Below, one piece after another: positions 58,460 to 64,000 of a DNA stretch of 64,000 bases. Position 1 is the stretch's first letter. Every line of letters starts with the position of its first letter. A program made the translations under genes and the position numbers. The stretch is from an uncultured Candidatus Bathyarchaeia archaeon (GTDB taxonomy: Archaea; Thermoproteota; Bathyarchaeia; 40CM-2-53-6). The stretch covers positions 4,542-68,541 of the forward strand of contig CAZYOZ010000002.1 of NCBI GenBank assembly GCA_964649235.1, in the 5' to 3' direction. The notes beneath the pieces are model-generated. The model saw only the letters and a program-made list of their open reading frames with translations, was not told where the DNA came from and did no database searches.

Positions 58460-59917
58460 CTATGAGAGAACGGTGGGAGGCAACAGAAAGTTAGCCACTT
58501 TAAACAGGTAATCGAGAAGGGGACCAGGGAACAGTCCCACAACTATGATGATGAAGGAGGAAGCAATGAGTACCGCCACTAAAGACGCTGGTTCGCTCAG
58601 TCTCTCCATAACTGGTGGTTCATCAAAGTACATGCGCTTCACGATCCATCCGTAATACGCCATTGAGAATGCGCTGTTAAGCACACCTGCCAGTGCCAGC
58701 CACCAGAGCTGATCATCGACCGCCGCTGTGAACAACACGAGTTTACTCATGAAACCGCTCAGGGGTGGAACGCCCGCGAGCGCGAAAAGAGAAATGGACA
58801 GCGTAAATGCGGTTACCGGCATTCGTACTCCCAGCCCTGAATAGGAGTCCAGTGATGTTGTGGCAATTCTGCTGTAAACTGCTGCAGCTGCCACGAAAGC
58901 AGCCGTCTTCATTACGCCGTGGTTGAGCACATGGAACAGGGCACCCGCAATTCCTATCGGGTTGGGGGCTGCGAGGCCTATGAGAATATACCCCGCTTGG
59001 GCTATGCTCGAGTAAGCCAGTAGTCTGGTGAAGCTCTTCTGCATCAACGCCGCAACGTTACCCAGAGTCATCGTCAGAATTGCGATAACGGCGAAAGTTG
59101 CTGACCAGTCGAGCCTGAGCGCAATAAGCGCCACCGCGAAGACTCTGAAGAGAGCGGCAAAGCCTCCGTTCTTCGTCCCAGCGGCAAGGAACGCCCCAAT
59201 CGTTATGGGCGCACCTTCGTAGGCGTCGGGGATCCACATGTGAAATGGCACTGCGGCTACTTTCATTCCGAAGCCTGCGGTGAACAGCACCATCGCCAGC
59301 AAGGCGAGCGGGTCGAGTTTTGGCAGCGCAACACTTAGGCCTGATGCAGCAGCGTAAATGTTAGTTGTGCCAGTTACGCCATAAGTGAGGGAAATCGCGT
59401 AGACGATGAGCGCGGACGACAAGGCGCTCAGGATGAAGAACTTGAGGGCTGCTTCATTTGAAATGGGGTCATCCTTCTGAATGCCCGTCAGAACATAGGT
59501 CGGGATGTTCATCAGTTCCCATGCCAAGAACAACGCGACTAGATCGACCGCGAACGAGATTAGAATCATCCCGAAAGTCGCGAGCAGAAGCAAGCCGTAA
59601 TACGTGTCTAGGTTCTTGTTCTCGCGCATGTAGTAGACTGAGGCAACGGCAATCAGGATTGTGATTGCTAGAAAGACGGCTGTGAAATACACTGAGAACG
59701 AATCGAGGGAAAGAACTCCGTATATCAGTTCAGGCTGCGGGACGCCTCCCAACACTGCCAGTACCACGCCCCCGAATGCGAGGAAGAGGCCCATTACAGA
59801 CCATGCTGGGACAATGTTCCTCCGATGAAGCCTGTTCGACAGACCCTGAATCAGAGGGACCAAGATGCTGAAAATTGGCAGCGAATAGAGCAGGAGTGCA
59901 TTGGAAAGCTGCATCAA
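58460..59917 (-). CDS. nuoN: NADH:quinone oxidoreductase subunit N
   Basis: 485 aa with about 14 TM helices and GFGMKVAAVPFHMWIPDAYEGAP, typical of NuoN. Confidence 0.82.
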   Translation of the reverse strand: MMQLSNALLLYSLPIFSILVPLIQGLSNRLHRRNIVPAWSVMGLFLAFGGVVLAVLGGVPQPELIYGVLSLDSFSVYFTAVFLAITILIAVASVYYMRENKNLDTYYGLLLLATFGMILISFAVDLVALFLAWELMNIPTYVLTGIQKDDPISNEAALKFFILSALSSALIVYAISLTYGVTGTTNIYAAASGLSVALPKLDPLALLAMVLFTAGFGMKVAAVPFHMWIPDAYEGAPITIGAFLAAGTKNGGFAALFRVFAVALIALRLDWSATFAVIAILTMTLGNVAALMQKSFTRLLAYSSIAQAGYILIGLAAPNPIGIAGALFHVLNHGVMKTAAFVAAAAVYSRIATTSLDSYSGLGVRMPVTAFTLSISLFALAGVPPLSGFMSKLVLFTAAVDDQLWWLALAGVLNSAFSMAYYGWIVKRMYFDEPPVMERLSEPASLVAVLIASSFIIIVVGLFPGPLLDYLFKVANFLLPPTVLS

Positions 59918-60037
59918 GTTCCCCTTTTCGAAAGCGTCCTAGTTGCACTCCGATCACGTAAATAACATTTCGTAAGCAAACATTTTTCTTAGGCAGCCAG
60001 TCTTTGAAAGCGACTTCTCAGAGACCGGGAGTAAGCT

Positions 60038-60355
60038 ATGTCTGGAATCGAAACTGTCAGGGTGATAGTCGAGGCGGAGAGGGAGGCAGCCAAGATCCTA
60101 GAGGACGCCGAGAATAAGGCTTCGGAAATTAGGAAACGTTTGGAGTCACTGATCGAAGAACGACGGAGCCAGCTCCTGCAATCCGCTAGGAAAGAGGCTG
60201 CGGGGATTTTGAAGAACGCTGAAAGCGAAGGGGAGGTCGAGGCGGAACGTCATGCAAGCAGGTCGCGAGAGAGATTGCACCAACTCAACCGTCAGGCCGC
60301 CTCAAGACGAGCCGCGGCTGTTGAAAAACTGCTAAGCATCGTTACGGAGAGCTGA
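60038..60355 (+). CDS. atpH: A-type ATP synthase subunit H (peripheral-stalk coiled coil)
   Basis: 105 aa, an all-helical Glu/Arg/Ala-rich protein at the head of the atp gene block. Confidence 0.65.
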   Translation: MSGIETVRVIVEAEREAAKILEDAENKASEIRKRLESLIEERRSQLLQSARKEAAGILKNAESEGEVEAERHASRSRERLHQLNRQAASRRAAAVEKLLSIVTES

Positions 60356-60361
60356 CCTGAA

Positions 60362-60979
60362 TTGTCGGAAACAAGCAAATTTACACGAGACATATTGGCC
60401 GCAGCCAACGAGAAAGCTCAATCCATAATCAATGCGGCAGAGCTCGAAACGCAGAAGGCGCTCGAAGATGCAAAGAGCCATCTTTCCCGCGAAGCCGAGG
60501 AAGTCATTAGAAATGCACAGGCAGAAGCCGAAGCCATAAGGCGCCGCCAAATTAGCGAAGTCAAACATAAGATGAAACTAAGAGAACAGCAGGACAAGAA
60601 CAGGATTCTCTCCGATGTCCTTGAAGAAACTAGAAAACGATTCTTCGAGATCGCCAGCCAAGAGGACAAATATCAGCCTTTCTTGGTTGAACTGATTGCT
60701 CATGGAGTCGACGCCCTCCGTCTCGACACAGCAGTCGTGCACCTTTGCGCCCGCGACCTTAACAATCTGGATATAGGAAGACTTCATCGCGAAGTCGCAA
60801 AGAAACTGAAACAGCAAGTGACAATCGAATGGTCCAAGGATCCTATAGACACACATGGCGGCGCGTTGATCGCGAGCACCGACGGGAAAACCCGAATCGT
60901 CAACACGCTGGACCAGAGGTTCGAGGCGCTCGAACCCAAGTTGTTGATTGAGGCAGGCAAAACCCTGTTCGGCGATTGA
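60362..60979 (+). CDS. atpE: A-type ATP synthase subunit E
   Basis: 205 aa with a long N-terminal helix and a C-terminal globular domain containing GGALIASTDGKTRIVNTLDQRFE. Confidence 0.8.
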   Translation: MSETSKFTRDILAAANEKAQSIINAAELETQKALEDAKSHLSREAEEVIRNAQAEAEAIRRRQISEVKHKMKLREQQDKNRILSDVLEETRKRFFEIASQEDKYQPFLVELIAHGVDALRLDTAVVHLCARDLNNLDIGRLHREVAKKLKQQVTIEWSKDPIDTHGGALIASTDGKTRIVNTLDQRFEALEPKLLIEAGKTLFGD

Positions 60980-61005
60980 AAGCTGTGATCGGGACTCAAT
61001 AAGCC

Positions 61006-62037
61006 ATGACCGGAGCAGGAAGATACGCCGAGCTAGCAGCAGCTGTTCGTTCATTCAAGGCAGACCTGCTACAGCCAGGCCAAGTCGAGAGGCTTGTCGA
61101 AACGGGGTCACTCTCTGAAACAGTGAGTCTACTGACAGGAGGCCGAGTAAGTGCCACTGACACATCGGACTTGCCCTCTGTCGAGTCGAGCCTAGTTCAG
61201 AAAGCAATCGAGCTTAGCAGCCGGCTGGCGGCCTACACGCCGCATGACTCTCGGCCCTTGATTAAGCTCTTCGCGGCGCGATATGAGTTGGAGTGCGTCA
61301 AGGAAATCCTCAGATCGATTGCTGACCAGGCCGATCCAGAAGAAGCGATGAAGCACATCATTCCCGCAGGGAAGCTTACCCCTGAGCGATGCAAAGAGCT
61401 TCTTGAAGCTCGCAACCCGAACCGGGTCGTAGAGGCTGTAGAAGATGAAGCCCTGAAACGCCTGATTGCCCCATTAGTGAGCGGAGAGAGAGGCGGGGGG
61501 GCAACAGTCTTTGCAATTGACCAGTATTACTACGGGAGACTTTGGGCTGCTTCAAACTTGCCCGACCCGCTTGACACTCAAACTGCTAGAGGTCTGGTGG
61601 GAGAGGCGATTGATTGCTTAAACATCTTGCTTGCGTTTCGCGCACGACTGACCGGACTGGACGCGAGGTCAGCCTCTGACATCATGATTCCAGCAAACTA
61701 TGCACTTGGCCGCGCTCTCGAAGAGCTGGCGGAGGGAGCGAGTGCCCAGAATCTGATGCGTGCTCTCGACAAAACACCATATGCCCGTGCCATAGAGGGA
61801 CTCAGCAGAGTGGCCGGTGATGGAGGCATATCAAGAGTTGAACTTGCGCTTAACCGTAGTCACGCGCTTAGTTGCCGCAACGCATTCGCAGGTTCGCCCT
61901 TCAATGTGGGCCTAGCACTTGCGTTTCTTTTTCTCAAAGCATACGAATTGCGGGACATGTTCGCAATCATCAATGGGAAAGCAAACAAAGTTCCTGCTGA
62001 CCAGGTGATGAGTTGCCTTATTTTGACAGCGACTTAA
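61006..62037 (+). CDS. atpC: A-type ATP synthase subunit C (V-type d homolog)
   Basis: 343-aa helical protein matching the AtpC family in length and pattern (YAELAAAVRSFKADLL...). Confidence 0.75.
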   Translation: MTGAGRYAELAAAVRSFKADLLQPGQVERLVETGSLSETVSLLTGGRVSATDTSDLPSVESSLVQKAIELSSRLAAYTPHDSRPLIKLFAARYELECVKEILRSIADQADPEEAMKHIIPAGKLTPERCKELLEARNPNRVVEAVEDEALKRLIAPLVSGERGGGATVFAIDQYYYGRLWAASNLPDPLDTQTARGLVGEAIDCLNILLAFRARLTGLDARSASDIMIPANYALGRALEELAEGASAQNLMRALDKTPYARAIEGLSRVAGDGGISRVELALNRSHALSCRNAFAGSPFNVGLALAFLFLKAYELRDMFAIINGKANKVPADQVMSCLILTAT

Positions 62038-62100
62038 CGCTGGGAAAGCATTATAATGGTATTCTCTGCTCTTAGCGCACGCGTCTGGTGCCGATAAACA

Positions 62101-62436
62101 ATGAAGCCAAAACATCAGTTGATGCTAAGCTTCCTGTTGATGGCAGTCGGCGTGTTCACCATTTCGATAATGGCCGTTTTCGCTTTCTCTCAGAGTCCTA
62201 CCCAGGCTGAGCAAGTTGCGAGCGAGAAAGGCCTCTTCCTGGTCGGCGCCGGAATAGCTGCGGGCCTTGCATCATGCGGCGCAGGCATCGGCCTCGGCAC
62301 GGCCAGTGCGGCGGCAATTGGGGCAATAGCTGAGAAGCCTGAGATGCTTGGCAGGACGCTGCTGTTCGTCGTCCTGATCGAAGCAATCGCAATTTACGGG
62401 CTTGCCATGTTCTTCATTATCTACTCGAGAATATGA
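62101..62436 (+). CDS. atpK: A-type ATP synthase proteolipid subunit K (c) with an extra N-terminal hydrophobic segment
   Basis: It has GAGIAAGLASCGAGIGLGTASAAAIGAIAEKPE and the ion-binding Glu in VLIEAIAIYGL. The N-terminal 40 aa add a third hydrophobic helix. Confidence 0.85.
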   Translation: MKPKHQLMLSFLLMAVGVFTISIMAVFAFSQSPTQAEQVASEKGLFLVGAGIAAGLASCGAGIGLGTASAAAIGAIAEKPEMLGRTLLFVVLIEAIAIYGLAMFFIIYSRI

Positions 62437-62933
62437 GTCGAAGCCGCGTCAGGATTGTTGAACTGACTTCAATGAAGTGCGGCGCGAAGCTAAGGGAAGC
62501 CATTCAAAGCAGGTCCTTGACAGACACAACCGAGACTATAAGCGAAATCGCGGAACGCCTCGATTATACACTTAGGCCGCCTTACACAGAAGTCTCAAAA
62601 TTCCATGCGCGAGAGGAGGATGGTCAGTACTCAATCAGTTTCGCCGCGAGGCTGTACCTGCATTACTCACGTGTTTCAGATTGGAGCGAAGGGTTAGTAC
62701 TAGTGTTGGCTTTCGACGGGGAGGCAGCGGCCGATTCACCGTCTCCTCCAATTCAAGATCTCTTCTACGCCGCCACCCTCAGATCCGTTTCCGCATACGG
62801 GTATGGTCCTAGGTGGAAAGCCAAGACTCTTTCAACGCCTCCGGCATTGGCTAGAAACCTTGAGTTGACAGTAGACGAACTTTCAGAGATACAGCTTGAC
62901 GGCCTCTGCAATGCTGCCAATGGGCTATCGTAG
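62433..62933 (+). CDS. Orphan soluble protein translationally coupled to atpK
   Basis: 166 aa with no TM helix and no recognizable motif. Its ATG overlaps the atpK stop (ATGA). Confidence 0.45.
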   Translation: MSRSRVRIVELTSMKCGAKLREAIQSRSLTDTTETISEIAERLDYTLRPPYTEVSKFHAREEDGQYSISFAARLYLHYSRVSDWSEGLVLVLAFDGEAAADSPSPPIQDLFYAATLRSVSAYGYGPRWKAKTLSTPPALARNLELTVDELSEIQLDGLCNAANGLS

Positions 62934-62960
62934 CAAGAAATCGGATCGGTTGGTCAAATT

Positions 62961-64000
62961 TCAGAAGCGTAGCGCCCGAACCGCAGGCAGGATAACGCCC
63001 ATCAGCGGTGCCGGGTATATGCCCAGTATCAAAAGCGGGATAAGGAATACTGCCAGCGTTACAAGTGTGTAGAACGGCGCCTCTCTCATGACCACTGGCT
63101 GAGGTTGAGGGGCCATCAAAACCCTGCGGAGCGTCCAGACGAAATATCCAGCAGTTATGCCTGGAACAAGAACAGCGACCGCGTAAAGCGCGTTTACTGA
63201 TATCGCGGCAAGAATCACTGTGAATTCGCTGATGAAGTTGCTAAATCCTGGGAATCCCATTGCAGCAAGCGACCCGAGCACCAACAGAAAGCTTGTTTTG
63301 GGCATCGCGCTCGACAATCCTGGCAATTCCCGGATTGTTCGTGTTCCCATATGCTCGTGGATTACGCCGGACATGAGGAAGAGGCATCCTATCGCGTTGG
63401 CGTGATTGAACATCTGGAAAACCGCCCCGCTGATGCCAGGGGTGGTGAGCGTGAAGGCTCCCAACAGTACGTAGCCCATGTGGTTGATGCTTGTCAGTGC
63501 CACCATCCGCTTGAAGTCTTGCTGGATCATTGCAACTATTGCGCCATAGAACATGGTCAGGAGGCCAAACCCGATGAACATTGGGGCTAGGATCTTTGAT
63601 GCTTCTGGTGTTAGGAACAGGTTCATGCGGATGAATCCGTAGCCTCCCATCTTTAGCAGCAGCCCAGCTAGGAGCACGCTGATTGGCGCGGGGGCCTCTA
63701 CGTGGGCATCTGGCAGCCAAGTGTGAAGCGGAACAATCGGTAGTTTTACCCCAAAGCCGATGAAGAATCCTATCGAGATCAGTATCTGAATGGAGAGTGG
63801 AGGGTGGAGGTTCACCAAGTCGGTGAAGTTGAAGGTGTGGGGGCTGGAGAGGACGTAGAGTGCTATGAAGCTCAGGAGGATTAGGACGCTCCCGACGTGT
63901 GTCATGATTAGGAACTTCATTGCAGCGTACTTCTTCCGTGGGCCTCCCCAGACTCCGATGAAGAAGAACATCGGGATCAACACGAGTTCCCAGAAGACGT
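62961..64000 (-). CDS. nuoM: NADH:quinone oxidoreductase subunit M; N-terminus lies beyond the window edge
   Basis: The ORF stays open to the window end. The edge codons give VFWELVLIPMFFFIGVWGG, a NuoM hallmark, followed by HTWLPDAHVEAPAPISVLLAG. Confidence 0.85.
   Translation of the reverse strand, partial: VFWELVLIPMFFFIGVWGGPRKKYAAMKFLIMTHVGSVLILLSFIALYVLSSPHTFNFTDLVNLHPPLSIQILISIGFFIGFGVKLPIVPLHTWLPDAHVEAPAPISVLLAGLLLKMGGYGFIRMNLFLTPEASKILAPMFIGFGLLTMFYGAIVAMIQQDFKRMVALTSINHMGYVLLGAFTLTTPGISGAVFQMFNHANAIGCLFLMSGVIHEHMGTRTIRELPGLSSAMPKTSFLLVLGSLAAMGFPGFSNFISEFTVILAAISVNALYAVAVLVPGITAGYFVWTLRRVLMAPQPQPVVMREAPFYTLVTLAVFLIPLLILGIYPAPLMGVILPAVRALRF

Overview
This window reads as archaeal chromosome, from a TACK-type and possibly Nitrososphaeria-like aerobe. 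It is densely coding, mostly core metabolism, with no CRISPR array, transposase or integrase found. Lineage markers are a complete Cdv (ESCRT-III/Vps4/CdvA) division locus, Alba, ribosomal protein eS26, an archaeal-type ThrRS, A-type ATPase genes and a two-subunit 2-oxoacid:ferredoxin oxidoreductase. No amo genes are present, so ammonia oxidation cannot be inferred. Content in order: a thiolase-fold cluster with DUF35; split MetE plus MetF; biotin-dependent acyl-CoA carboxylase plus BirA; ThrRS, ProRS and ArgRS; a lipid head-group transferase plus PfkB kinase; an APC permease/Usp operon; aspartase/fumarase; OFOR; the six-gene cdv operon; Alba; MntR/MntH; VapBC; an E1-like/ThiI-like pair; a CopA copper cluster; Rieske/cyt b/CuA-subunit II/CtaB; and nuoN and nuoM separated by an inverted atpH-E-C-K block. 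Items missing from the ORF track: a 5'-edge thiolase gene, tRNA-Arg(CCG), a roughly 149-nt multi-intron tRNA-Cys(GCA), a 47-aa YHS protein and several small coupled ORFs. Most notable findings: three genes whose conserved N-termini are reachable only from Shine-Dalgarno-led CTG codons; an E1-like enzyme and a standalone protein sharing a TBP-repeat-like domain next to a THUMP-less ThiI; an Lrp regulator embedded in the cdv operon; and the nuo operon interrupted by a partial ATPase operon carrying an orphan gene. All calls rest on reading the sequence and recalled family motifs. No database search was run.
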